Below are positions 19,733 to 30,031 of a stretch of DNA of 64,000 bases, in pieces. This DNA is from an uncultured Candidatus Rokubacteria bacterium. GTDB taxonomy: Bacteria; Methylomirabilota; Methylomirabilia; Rokubacteriales; DASRDR01. Each line of letters opens with the position of its first letter. Position 1 is the first letter of the stretch. Location of the stretch: NCBI GenBank assembly GCA_963805625.1, contig CAWDVE010000016.1, forward strand, positions 160,001-224,000, read 5' to 3'. The notes below the pieces were generated by a model that was not told where the DNA came from, did not search any database, and saw nothing but the letters and a program-made list of their open reading frames with translations. Both the position numbers and the translations under genes were made by a program.

Positions 19733-20287
19733 TCAGAACCCTCGGCCCCCGATCAGGCGCACCACCACCAGGCCGAAGACGAGGAGCCCCACGGCAGCGG
19801 CGACGAGCGTGCGCCAGTCGCCCAGACCCACCAGGCGCTTCTCCTGTGCCTTCGACCGCGCCCGCGCGGGCAGGAGCATCTGGGCCGTCGTCGCGGGAGC
19901 GAGGCGGAGCAGCGGCGGCGCGACCCCGAGCCCGTGGATGCCCTGGCGCGCGACTTCCGCCTCATCCGCCGTGAGCGCTAGGAAGGTGACGAACGTGCCG
20001 TGCTCGAGATCCTCCTGGACCTCAGTCAGGCCGTGAGCGGGCGCTCGCTCGACGACCCACCGGGCGACGCGGTAGCGGAGCCTCTCATCGACCAGCGGGC
20101 TGAAGGACAGCGCGTAGGCCTGCTTGGTGCCCGGCGGGGCTGCGTCAGGCGTGGCGGCGGCCGGCACTGGCGCCGCGCCCGCGCCATTGCCGTCGCGGGG
20201 AGTGAGGCTCGGGGTGACCCGCGCCCCGCACGCCATGCAGAAGACGCTCTGGTCCGGGACTGCCGTCCGGCACTTCGGGCACGTCAC
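19733..20287 (-). CDS. Zinc-ribbon protein with C-terminal membrane anchor
   Basis: CPKC...FCMACG at the N-terminus and a hydrophobic C-terminal helix. Confidence 0.7.
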   Translation of the reverse strand: MTCPKCRTAVPDQSVFCMACGARVTPSLTPRDGNGAGAAPVPAAATPDAAPPGTKQAYALSFSPLVDERLRYRVARWVVERAPAHGLTEVQEDLEHGTFVTFLALTADEAEVARQGIHGLGVAPPLLRLAPATTAQMLLPARARSKAQEKRLVGLGDWRTLVAAAVGLLVFGLVVVRLIGGRGF

Positions 20288-20306
20288 GGCCGGTTCGCCG
20301 AGCCGG

Positions 20307-21653
<1,347 letters not shown>

Positions 21654-21707
21654 GGTCGCCTCCCGGAGGTCAAGGCCTCGCTGCGTCGTGTGGCCGCGGT
21701 CAGGGTA

Positions 21708-21929
21708 TCACGCCCCGGCGGCGTGGATGAGGTTCGGCAGGCCCTCGAGCCACTCGGCGAGCGGCACATCGGCGTCGAGGACGATCTCGAGCTTGCCGCT
21801 CGGCAGGCGGCGCACCCGCCCTGGCCGCCCGGGCGAGAGCGGGATGACGAGCGCCTCGCGAGAGATGCCGAGGGCGTCGGTCACGGCGAAGACCGCCTGG
21901 ATCTCGGCCAGGGCAACCCGCTCGAGCAT
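21708..21929 (-). CDS. Small hypothetical protein
   Basis: 73-aa ORF with protein-like composition, co-oriented within an operon-like run. Confidence 0.55.
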   Translation of the reverse strand: MLERVALAEIQAVFAVTDALGISREALVIPLSPGRPGRVRRLPSGKLEIVLDADVPLAEWLEGLPNLIHAAGA

Positions 21930-21954
21930 GGCAACTGCTTCCTGCCGTCCCGTC

Positions 21955-22716
21955 TCAGGGCCGCCGGCGGAGGGCGGCGGTGGCTCCGCCGGGGATCGCC
22001 GGCAGCATCGCCTGGAACCAGATGTCCGCCATCACCCGGTAACCCTGCTCGTTCGGGTGGAGCGGATCGCGATCCGGGCTGATGCCGAACAGCGAGCGGT
22101 CGTTCATGCCATCGTAGATCTCGGCGAGGGCGATGTTCTCGGCCGAGGCGAAAGCGCGGACATTGGAGCTGATCTGGCTCGCCGCGTTCTGAGCGCACGG
22201 ATCGTGCCGGAAGTTCGGCGTGATCGTCCCAATGATCGGGATTACCTTGCTCGCCTTCGCGATCTGGACCATCTGACGGAGGTTGTTGGCGACGACGGTC
22301 GCGTCGAAGCAGTTGGTGGCGTCGTTGGCCCCCTCCATGATGAGGACGAAGCCCGACTTGTCGATCGCCAGTACTGACTGCAGGCGGCTAAGGCCCTGCG
22401 CTGTCTCCTCCCCGCCCACGCCGCGGTTGACGACGGTCCACGCCGGGTCCAGGCCGCGCAGGCGCGCCTGGAGCTGGCTCGGGTAGTTGTTGCCGGTGGT
22501 GAGGCGAAGGCCCCGGCGCTTCAGCTCGAGGACGCCCTGCGTGATGCTGTCCCCGAACGCCGTCACCTTCTTGGAATTGTTGATCCCGAAGTCGATGTCG
22601 GACGCCGTCTGCGACGAGGAGGTTGTCGAGCTGCTCTTGCCCCCCCCGCAGCCGGCGGCGGCGAGGAGGGCGATTCCAAGACAGACGTTGCGGACGAGAC
22701 GCGAGCGGCGGGTCAT
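21955..22716 (-). CDS. SGNH/GDSL hydrolase family lipoprotein
   Basis: Lipobox LAAAGC, FGDSIT, NRGVGGE, EGAND, DPLHP. ATG overlaps the upstream GT2 stop. Confidence 0.88.
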   Translation of the reverse strand: MTRRSRLVRNVCLGIALLAAAGCGGGKSSSTTSSSQTASDIDFGINNSKKVTAFGDSITQGVLELKRRGLRLTTGNNYPSQLQARLRGLDPAWTVVNRGVGGEETAQGLSRLQSVLAIDKSGFVLIMEGANDATNCFDATVVANNLRQMVQIAKASKVIPIIGTITPNFRHDPCAQNAASQISSNVRAFASAENIALAEIYDGMNDRSLFGISPDRDPLHPNEQGYRVMADIWFQAMLPAIPGGATAALRRRP

Positions 22717-23720
22717 GAGGTGCCTCCAGAGATGATCTCGCGAACAGTGTACACAGGCTTTCGCTGGGACTCGTGGTAGGTGCGGACCAGCATCTCGCCC
22801 AGGAGCCCGATCGACACGAACTGGAAGCCGACGAGGACGAGAAGCACGGCGAGCAGGAGGAGCGGGCGATTGGCCAGGCCCACCCCGTGGAAGATCTTCT
22901 GGTACGAGAGCACCGCGCCGACCCCGATGCCGAGCCCTCCCAGCACTAGGCCGAGGAGCCCGAAGATCTGGATCGGACGAGTCCAGTAGCTCATCAGAAA
23001 CTTGACCGTGAGGAGGTCTAGCAAGACACGTACCATCCGTCCCAGTCCGTACTTTGACACCCCGCGACGCCGTGGCCAGTGGCCGACTGGCAGCTCGCCG
23101 ACGGTGGCGCCCACCCAGCGGCAGAGAGCGGGCAAAAAGCGGTGCATCTCACCATACAGGGCCACGTCCTGGAGGATCTCGCGGCGGTACACCTTGAGGG
23201 CGCACCCGTAGTCGTGGAGGCGAACGCCCGTAATCCACGAGATCAAGGCGTTGGCGAACCGTGAGGGGAGTCGGCGCGACCAGAAGGGGTCCTGCCGGTC
23301 GTGGCGCCAGCCGCTCACGACGTCATACCCCTCCTTGAGCTTGTCGACCAGCCTTGGGATGTCCGCCGGGTCATTCTGACCGTCGCCGTCGAGAGTGATG
23401 ATGAACGCACCGCGGGCCAGGTCGAAGCCGGCGGCCAGCGCGGCTGTCTGGCCAAAGTTCGTCCGGAGCTGCACGACGCGGAGCGCTGGCAGCTCGACCG
23501 TGAGCTCGCGAAGGCGCGGGCGCGTTGCGTCCGTCGATCCGTCGTCGACGACGATCACCTCGTAGGGCTGCCCTAGGCTCTCCATGACATCCCGCAGGCT
23601 CACAAGCAGCGGGCGGACGTTGTCTTCCTCGTTGTAGACCGGGATGACGACGGAGAACGCGATCCCCATCAGACGGCCTTGATCGGGCGGCCGCTGGCCA
23701 GTGGCCGCCTGGAGGCTCAT
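22713..23720 (-). CDS. GT2 polyprenol-phosphate glycosyltransferase (ArnC/GtrB-like, C-terminal TM helices)
   Basis: VVIPVYNEE, VVDDGSTD, NFGQTAA, LDGDGQNDP, HDYGC, GEMHRFLP, SKYG. Start at 23720 or 23669. Confidence 0.92.
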   Translation of the reverse strand: MSLQAATGQRPPDQGRLMGIAFSVVIPVYNEEDNVRPLLVSLRDVMESLGQPYEVIVVDDGSTDATRPRLRELTVELPALRVVQLRTNFGQTAALAAGFDLARGAFIITLDGDGQNDPADIPRLVDKLKEGYDVVSGWRHDRQDPFWSRRLPSRFANALISWITGVRLHDYGCALKVYRREILQDVALYGEMHRFLPALCRWVGATVGELPVGHWPRRRGVSKYGLGRMVRVLLDLLTVKFLMSYWTRPIQIFGLLGLVLGGLGIGVGAVLSYQKIFHGVGLANRPLLLLAVLLVLVGFQFVSIGLLGEMLVRTYHESQRKPVYTVREIISGGTS

Positions 23721-24691
23721 GCGCTCTTGCCCCCGGCCGTTCGGAGCTCGCCCAGGGTGAGATTGAGGGCGCTCAGGTACGCGAGACCCACGAGGGTGAT
23801 CGGGATGTAATTCGCCAGGTGGTAGACGATCGACAGCGAGAGCGCGGTCTCGCGGGCGACGCCGACCAGGGCCAGACCCTGGACGGTACCCGCCTGGAAG
23901 GGGCCGATGTAGCCCGGCGCCGACGGCAGCACGAGGGCGACCGCAATCACCCCGAGCAGGAGGAAGGAGGCGTAGGGAGGCAAGTCGAGCGTGAAGGCGC
24001 GGAAGGTAGCCTCGACGCCTGCGGCGTTGACAACCCAGATCACGATCGACAGAACCGCTGTGAGCACGAGGGCCCGGGTGTCGCTCAGGACGTCGAGCCC
24101 GGCCCGGAATGACTCGAGAAGATGCTGTGCCGGGCCGGCCAGACGGTGGGGAAGCCAGGCGAGCGCCGCGGTCAGGAGTCCCATTCCGCGTTCCGTGCGG
24201 AGCAGCACCAGGCCGACGAGGATCCCCAGGTACAGGACGCACATCAGGGCAGCCGCCCAGAAGAGGGTCCGGCTCGGCCGGAGGAATGACAGCCCACCCA
24301 CCAGGAACAAGAGGAGCGTGAAGCCGTCGAAGATCCGCTCGATCACGATCGTCGCGAACGGCAGGGACGGCGGGAGCGCCTCCGATCGGCCGAGGGCGTA
24401 CGCGCGCACGAACTCACCCAGCCGGGCCGGGAGGACGTTGTTGGCCATGAAGCCGATCATCGTGATGGCGAACAGGCGGTGGACGCCCACCCGCTTCACC
24501 GGCCGGAGGAGCACTTGCCAGCGGAGGGCGGTCAGCCAGAACCGGAGGAAGATCGACACGATCACCGGGACCAGCCAGCCGGGGCGCACCTGGCGGAGCT
24601 GCTGGAGGACCTCGTCCAGGCTGACCCCCCGGACGGCCACCCAAAGGAGCACCGCACTGACAGCCACGCCGAGCCAGACCTTGCCACGCAT
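23717..24691 (-). CDS. Lysylphosphatidylglycerol synthase TM domain protein (putative flippase)
   Basis: ALRWQVLL, GFMANNVLPARLGEFVRAY, VIERIFD, PSAPGYIGPFQ. Confidence 0.88.
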   Translation of the reverse strand: MRGKVWLGVAVSAVLLWVAVRGVSLDEVLQQLRQVRPGWLVPVIVSIFLRFWLTALRWQVLLRPVKRVGVHRLFAITMIGFMANNVLPARLGEFVRAYALGRSEALPPSLPFATIVIERIFDGFTLLLFLVGGLSFLRPSRTLFWAAALMCVLYLGILVGLVLLRTERGMGLLTAALAWLPHRLAGPAQHLLESFRAGLDVLSDTRALVLTAVLSIVIWVVNAAGVEATFRAFTLDLPPYASFLLLGVIAVALVLPSAPGYIGPFQAGTVQGLALVGVARETALSLSIVYHLANYIPITLVGLAYLSALNLTLGELRTAGGKSA

Positions 24692-24868
24692 CGCTCACCG
24701 CGCGGGGCGCAGGTAGACCTTCATCCCGGGACGCCCCCGGGGAGGCGCCGGCGCGAGCCCCCTCTGTGCCTGGGCGTCCGAGCGCGTCACAGCCGGGGGA
24801 GTATACCCCCGGTTCACAGGGCCGGCAACTGACGGCCCCCGAGGCCTCAGCCCGCCCCCGGGCCGGGC

Positions 24869-26311
24869 TCAGACCCGGCGGGCCACCGCGACGAGGGACA
24901 GCCCGAATGGCAAGGGAAGGGCCGCCTCGGCCCGAAGGAGCGGAACCAGGAGGTTCTGGAGGTGGAGCTGGAAGCCCGGGACCTGGGTCCGTCGCAGGAT
25001 CACGCTGTTCAGGTACCAGCCGAGGACGCCCATGCGGTTGAAGAATTGCATCGACTCGACGTGGAAGCCGGCTTCCTCGAGCTTCGCGGCGAGCCCGGGC
25101 CGCTCGTACCGGCGGTGGTGATCGATCGCGCGGTCGATCGTCCCGTAGAGCCGCTGGTGGGCCGGGACCAGGAGCAGCAGGCATCCTCCCGGCGTCAGCG
25201 ACGCGTGCAGGCGGCGGAGCGCTTCGCGATCGTTCTCGACGTGCTCGAGGACGTTGAGGCAGAGGATCGTGTCCAGATTCCGCGCGGCGAGGGGGGCCGG
25301 ATCGAAGTCCGTGAGGTCGAGCGGCATCACCTCCACGCGCGTGTGCCGCTCGAAGGTATTTCCGAGAATGCGCAGATAGCGCGGATTGAGGTCGGTCGCC
25401 ACGATGAGGTCGCGCCCCACCAGGTAGCGCGTGAAATTCCCGATCCCGGAGCCGACCTCGAGGACACGCCGCCCCAGCCAGGGGGCCAGCTGCTGGAGCA
25501 TCCATCGGTTGTACCGCTCGGCCCTGGCCAGACGCAGGAGGGTCTTGTAGCCGGGATCCGCGTTTTCCTGGTCGTCGACGAACGCGTAGCGAAGGATCGT
25601 CCAGAGAGCCACGACCCCGTCCGTCCAGCGGATCTTCTTGCCTTCCCAGTAGGCCCGCCCGGCGTACGAGATCGGCACCTCGTAGATCCGGGCGTGCACC
25701 TTGGCAAGCTTGGCGGTGAGCTCTGGTTCCACGCCGAAGCGGCTCGACCGGATGGGGATACTCTTGATGATGTCGGCGCGGAAGACCTTGTAGCCCGTCT
25801 CCATGTCCGTGAGGTTCAGGTTCGTGACCATGTTGGAGAAGAGGGTGAGGAGCTTGTTCGCTACGTGATGCCAGAAGTACAGGACGCGGCGGGGGGTGCC
25901 CGTGAAGCGCGACCCGTAGACGACGTCCGCCTTGCCCTCGAGGATCGGCGCCAAGAGCTTCGGATAGTCGCGGGGGTCGTACTCGAGATCCGCGTCCTGG
26001 ACCAGCACGATGTCCCCGGTCGCCTCCGCGAAGCCGCGCCGGAGGGCGGCGCCCTTCCCCTGGTTGGGCTCCTGGTAGTAGATCCGGATCTCGTTCTTTT
26101 CGTCGGCGGTCCCGAGGCGCCGCGTCTCCGCGAGCTCGGCCTCGAGCCGGCGGAGGTAGTCCCGCGTGCCGTCCGTGGAGCAATCGTCGACGATGACGAT
26201 CTCCTTGGGGATGGTGACCGTCTGGACGCGCTCCAGGATCTCGGGGAGCGTGAGACGCTCGTTGTAGACGGGGACGACGACGGACAGGCGCGTGGAGGGG
26301 TTGTGTCCCAC
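24869..26311 (-). CDS. Bifunctional GT2 (DPM1-like) / class I SAM methyltransferase
   Basis: [38 protein letters not shown]; then VLEVGSGIG and NVLEHV. Confidence 0.9.
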   Translation of the reverse strand: MGHNPSTRLSVVVPVYNERLTLPEILERVQTVTIPKEIVIVDDCSTDGTRDYLRRLEAELAETRRLGTADEKNEIRIYYQEPNQGKGAALRRGFAEATGDIVLVQDADLEYDPRDYPKLLAPILEGKADVVYGSRFTGTPRRVLYFWHHVANKLLTLFSNMVTNLNLTDMETGYKVFRADIIKSIPIRSSRFGVEPELTAKLAKVHARIYEVPISYAGRAYWEGKKIRWTDGVVALWTILRYAFVDDQENADPGYKTLLRLARAERYNRWMLQQLAPWLGRRVLEVGSGIGNFTRYLVGRDLIVATDLNPRYLRILGNTFERHTRVEVMPLDLTDFDPAPLAARNLDTILCLNVLEHVENDREALRRLHASLTPGGCLLLLVPAHQRLYGTIDRAIDHHRRYERPGLAAKLEEAGFHVESMQFFNRMGVLGWYLNSVILRRTQVPGFQLHLQNLLVPLLRAEAALPLPFGLSLVAVARRV

Positions 26312-26476
26312 CGCCGGGCATTATAGCAGGCGACGTGTCGCGTTGACGTTGCGGCGACCCGTTCTATAGGGGCCGCATGATTCGGAGCGGTCGGCGTCCG
26401 GATCCGGCCGGCCGCCCCCGCGCCCACCTGGGCGATCGCTGAGATCACCGCCTTCGAGTGAGCGGCGCCCGCCGGA

Positions 26477-29182
26477 TCACGCAGAGGGAGAGGCCAGGCG
26501 CCCGCGCCGCCGTGCCAGCACCCCCGTGACGCCGAGGGCGGCGAGGGTGGCGATCGTGACCCCCAGTCCGACGAAGACGCTCGGCTGACGATAGCGGAAC
26601 TCCACCCGGTGGCGGCCCGCCGTGAGGAACACGGCGCGGAGCGCGTGGTCCGCGCGCGTGATCGACACGGGCTGACCGTTGTCCCATGCCCGCCACCGGC
26701 GGTCGAACGTATCGCTCAGGACGAGGACGGCCGGCTCCGGCGCCTCGGTCTCCAGGAGGACGTGCTCGGGCGCATACGTAACGACGCGGACGGGCGGCAA
26801 GGGCGCCCCGCCAGTGTGCGGAGCCGGCGTGAAACCGGGCGGCGGGGGGTCTGCCGTCAGCACCTCCTCCACGGGGTCGAGATCGCCGAGTTGGTCGAGG
26901 ACCTGGGCGGCCGGCACCTGCCGCGCGCGTCGCACGAGAAAGGCGCGGGGAAGCGCGCGCAAATTCTCGTAGAGCCCTGCGGTGACCTGACGGAACCGCT
27001 CGGGCTCCGGCCCGGGCGGCCATGCCAGGGTGCTCTCCACGGCAAAGCGTTCCAGCACGAGCACGGCCGGCCCCGGGCCTCCCTCCAACAGGATCTGCGA
27101 GGGCCGGAATCCCCTGGGAAGGTCCACCGTCGCGCGGTACGTGTGGCCCTGGTACCCCTCGGGAACGGACCACGAGCGCACCACCGCGGGCCTACCGTGC
27201 CCGGCCTGCGCCCCCGGGCGGTCGAGCGACCACTCGCCGGTCTCGATGCCGGCGCGGATCGGGATCGTGGCCACCGAGCCGTCCGCGGCGATCACGCGGG
27301 CCGTGGCGACGATCTGACCTTGGCGGGCCGCGAGCCCATGGACGAGATGGGACTGGATCTCGACCTGCCGAGCTGCGTCGCCGGGTGGGAGCGAGAATCG
27401 GCGAAGGGCGCCGGGCCAGACGCGCAGGGGCCCGGCGGGCTTCGCGGGTGCCGGCGGCGGCCCGACCCCGGCCGGGAGCACGTACCGGACGTTGAGCAGA
27501 TCCTGGAGCCTCGGGTGCCCGCGGCCGAGCGCGTACAGGTCGAGGAAGGCCGGGGGCGCGAAGGTGCTCTCGCCGTCGACGACGCCCCACCCGTACCGAT
27601 AGATCGTCTGCGGATGGATGTGGTCGCCCCGGTGGAGCCGCAGGGGCTCGGTGGTTCGGCTGATCGCCTCCACCCACTCGCGCTCCCGCGGCGGACGGAC
27701 GTCCGGGTTCCGGGAGGTGTCCGTCACGGGATAGGAGCCGAAGAGGAGGTCGGCCAGCAGGACGACGAGCGCGGCGGCGCGCAACGCGAGCGGGTTTGCC
27801 CGTCCCGGCCACGACACGACGAGCGCCGCCCCGGCCAGCAGGAGCACGAGCATCAGGTACTGGCTTGCGAAATTCTGGAAGTCGTCGGCATTCGACCGAG
27901 CCTGGGCCCACACGAGGACCAGCATGAGGGGGACGACACCAGCTCCGGCGACCACCGCCAGCCGGCTGACTCCTCGAGCAAGGGCGTTCGGTCGGGGACC
28001 CGTGACGAGCGCTTGTGCCCCGAGGCCGGCAAGGATCGCGACAGCGAAGCCCGCGAGGCCGACGAATCGCGCCGGGATCCGGAAGAGGGTGAGGCCGGGC
28101 AGCAGATCGTACGTGGGCCGGTAGAGGCCGTAGTGGTCACCGAAGGCCAGCAGGATGGCCACAAGACCCAGCACCGCGTGAAAGCCCACGCGCCAGTCCC
28201 ATCGCCGCATGAGAGCGTGAACGGCGAGGATCAGGGGGAGCACGCCGGGGTAGAGGTAGTACTCGGAACCGCTGGTTCGCCAGCCGCCGACGGTGAACAG
28301 CCCCCAGGGCAGGATCGCCTGGGCCAGGTAGGCGGGGAGGAGCGAGCCCGTCGTCTTCCAGTCATAGCCAAGCCCGGCTCGGTGTGACGCGACCGCCATC
28401 TCCCAGGATGGGACGAGCTGAACGGCCGAGACCCCCAGCGCGACAGCCGGGACGAGTAAGAGGATCGCCGCGAGCCTCCGCCAGGGTTCCGCGGTGGCCG
28501 CGCGCCGCGCGACCAGTGTCAGACCGAGTGCCACGGTCGCCAGGACTACGTGATAGAAAAGCTGTGGATGTCCGGCGAGAAACGCCACCCCGAGCGCCAA
28601 ACCGCCGAGCGCGCCCCAGCGGGGACGCAGGGTCGAGTCCGCGCGGACGAGGCAGGCGAGGATCGCGGGGAGCCACGCCATCGTGTCGATCATCGTCCAG
28701 TGGGGGATGTGAGCGAGCATGAAGCCCGAGAACATGAACGCGATGCCGCTCAGGCTCGCGGCGAATCGTCCGAGACCGAGCTGCCGCGCGAACAGGTACG
28801 TGAAGCCGCCCGTCATTGCGTAGTGCAGGAGATGGTGATACTGCAGGACGACGTGAGGGATATGCTGCCCGCGCTCCAGAAGGCCCAGCACCAGCAGATT
28901 CAGCGGATAGAACAAGTGCAGGTGGGCCTGCAAGAACATCGGGTGGTGCGTACCACCGCCGAGGAACGGCGAGCCCGTCCCGAGCGTCGGGTCCCAGAGC
29001 GCCAGGATCCCGCGCTTGAGCTGATGGTAGAAGTAGGGCTCCACCGCGAGGCCGAAGTCGCCGCCGAGGTGAAGCCGCGATCCCGCGAACGGCGTGACGA
29101 TCGCCCAGAGCTTGACGGCCGCCAGCGCGGCGAGGCCCGCGATCGGCAGAGCCTCACGCACCCACAGACGGTGCCCGCGCAT
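26477..29182 (-). CDS. YfhO-family GT-C-type membrane protein
   Basis: LWDP..GTGSPF, YPLN, LAGHPQ, FRIPARF, LLNVRYV, C-terminal LVLSDTF...W...LRAVFLTAGRHRVEFRY. Start ATG 29182 after GGAGAG (alternative 29236). Confidence 0.82.
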   Translation of the reverse strand: MRGHRLWVREALPIAGLAALAAVKLWAIVTPFAGSRLHLGGDFGLAVEPYFYHQLKRGILALWDPTLGTGSPFLGGGTHHPMFLQAHLHLFYPLNLLVLGLLERGQHIPHVVLQYHHLLHYAMTGGFTYLFARQLGLGRFAASLSGIAFMFSGFMLAHIPHWTMIDTMAWLPAILACLVRADSTLRPRWGALGGLALGVAFLAGHPQLFYHVVLATVALGLTLVARRAATAEPWRRLAAILLLVPAVALGVSAVQLVPSWEMAVASHRAGLGYDWKTTGSLLPAYLAQAILPWGLFTVGGWRTSGSEYYLYPGVLPLILAVHALMRRWDWRVGFHAVLGLVAILLAFGDHYGLYRPTYDLLPGLTLFRIPARFVGLAGFAVAILAGLGAQALVTGPRPNALARGVSRLAVVAGAGVVPLMLVLVWAQARSNADDFQNFASQYLMLVLLLAGAALVVSWPGRANPLALRAAALVVLLADLLFGSYPVTDTSRNPDVRPPREREWVEAISRTTEPLRLHRGDHIHPQTIYRYGWGVVDGESTFAPPAFLDLYALGRGHPRLQDLLNVRYVLPAGVGPPPAPAKPAGPLRVWPGALRRFSLPPGDAARQVEIQSHLVHGLAARQGQIVATARVIAADGSVATIPIRAGIETGEWSLDRPGAQAGHGRPAVVRSWSVPEGYQGHTYRATVDLPRGFRPSQILLEGGPGPAVLVLERFAVESTLAWPPGPEPERFRQVTAGLYENLRALPRAFLVRRARQVPAAQVLDQLGDLDPVEEVLTADPPPPGFTPAPHTGGAPLPPVRVVTYAPEHVLLETEAPEPAVLVLSDTFDRRWRAWDNGQPVSITRADHALRAVFLTAGRHRVEFRYRQPSVFVGLGVTIATLAALGVTGVLARRRGRLASPSA

Positions 29183-29234
29183 AGTGATCGTGCCGTGCTC
29201 TCCGAATCGGCCCGGGTAGCCTAGCAGAAAGACC

Positions 29235-30026
29235 ATGGAGCCTCAACAGAACGACGGAGGCGGCAGCGATGGGTCGGGGCTCTCGATCGTCGTGCCGGCC
29301 TACAACGAGGCCCGCCGTCTGCCGGGCACGTTGCCGCGGGTGATCGAGTACGCCAGCCGTCTCGATGAGTCCGTGGAGATTATCGTCGTGGACGACGGGA
29401 GCACCGACGGCACCGGCGACGTCGCGGCCTCGGTCGGGCAGGCGAGTGGCCTGGTAACGGTCCTCCGGAGCGACCGGAACCGCGGCAAGGGTGCGGCGGT
29501 GCGACGCGGCATGCTGGCCGCGCGCCTCGGTCACGTGCTCTTCACGGACGTGGACCTGTCGACGCCCATCGAGGAGGCGAGCAAGCTTCGCGCGGCGCTG
29601 GCCCGCGGGGCGGACGTGGCGATCGGGTCTCGGCGTCTCCCCGAGTCCGACGTCCAGGTCCACCAGCCCTGGCTGCGAGAGCTGGCGGGTCGCACCTTCA
29701 GCGGACTCGTCTCGCTCCTGCTGCTCCCGGGGATCCACGACAGCCAGTGCGGATTCAAGGCCTTCCGGCGGTCCGCCGCGCGTGAGCTCTTCGGCCAGCA
29801 GCGCCTCGAGGGATTCGGCTTCGACGCCGAGGTGCTGTGGCTCGCGCGACGGCTCGGATACCGGGTCGCCGAGGTTCCCATCGTCTGGCGCGACGATCAC
29901 CGCAGCAACGTGCGGCTTGTCCGTGATTCGGGCGGAATGCTGGTCGACCTGGGCCGCATCCGCCTCAACGGCTGGGCGGGGCGCTACGCGCTGAGGCGGC
30001 CCCACTCGTCGCCATCTCCGCGGTAG
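29235..30026 (+). CDS. Dolichyl-phosphate beta-glucosyltransferase-like GT2 (Alg5 type)
   Basis: VVPAYNEARRL, VDDGSTD, NRGKGAAVRRG, DVDLSTP, DSQCGFK, GFGFDAE. Confidence 0.9.
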   Translation: MEPQQNDGGGSDGSGLSIVVPAYNEARRLPGTLPRVIEYASRLDESVEIIVVDDGSTDGTGDVAASVGQASGLVTVLRSDRNRGKGAAVRRGMLAARLGHVLFTDVDLSTPIEEASKLRAALARGADVAIGSRRLPESDVQVHQPWLRELAGRTFSGLVSLLLLPGIHDSQCGFKAFRRSAARELFGQQRLEGFGFDAEVLWLARRLGYRVAEVPIVWRDDHRSNVRLVRDSGGMLVDLGRIRLNGWAGRYALRRPHSSPSPR

Positions 30027-30031
30027 GGGCC

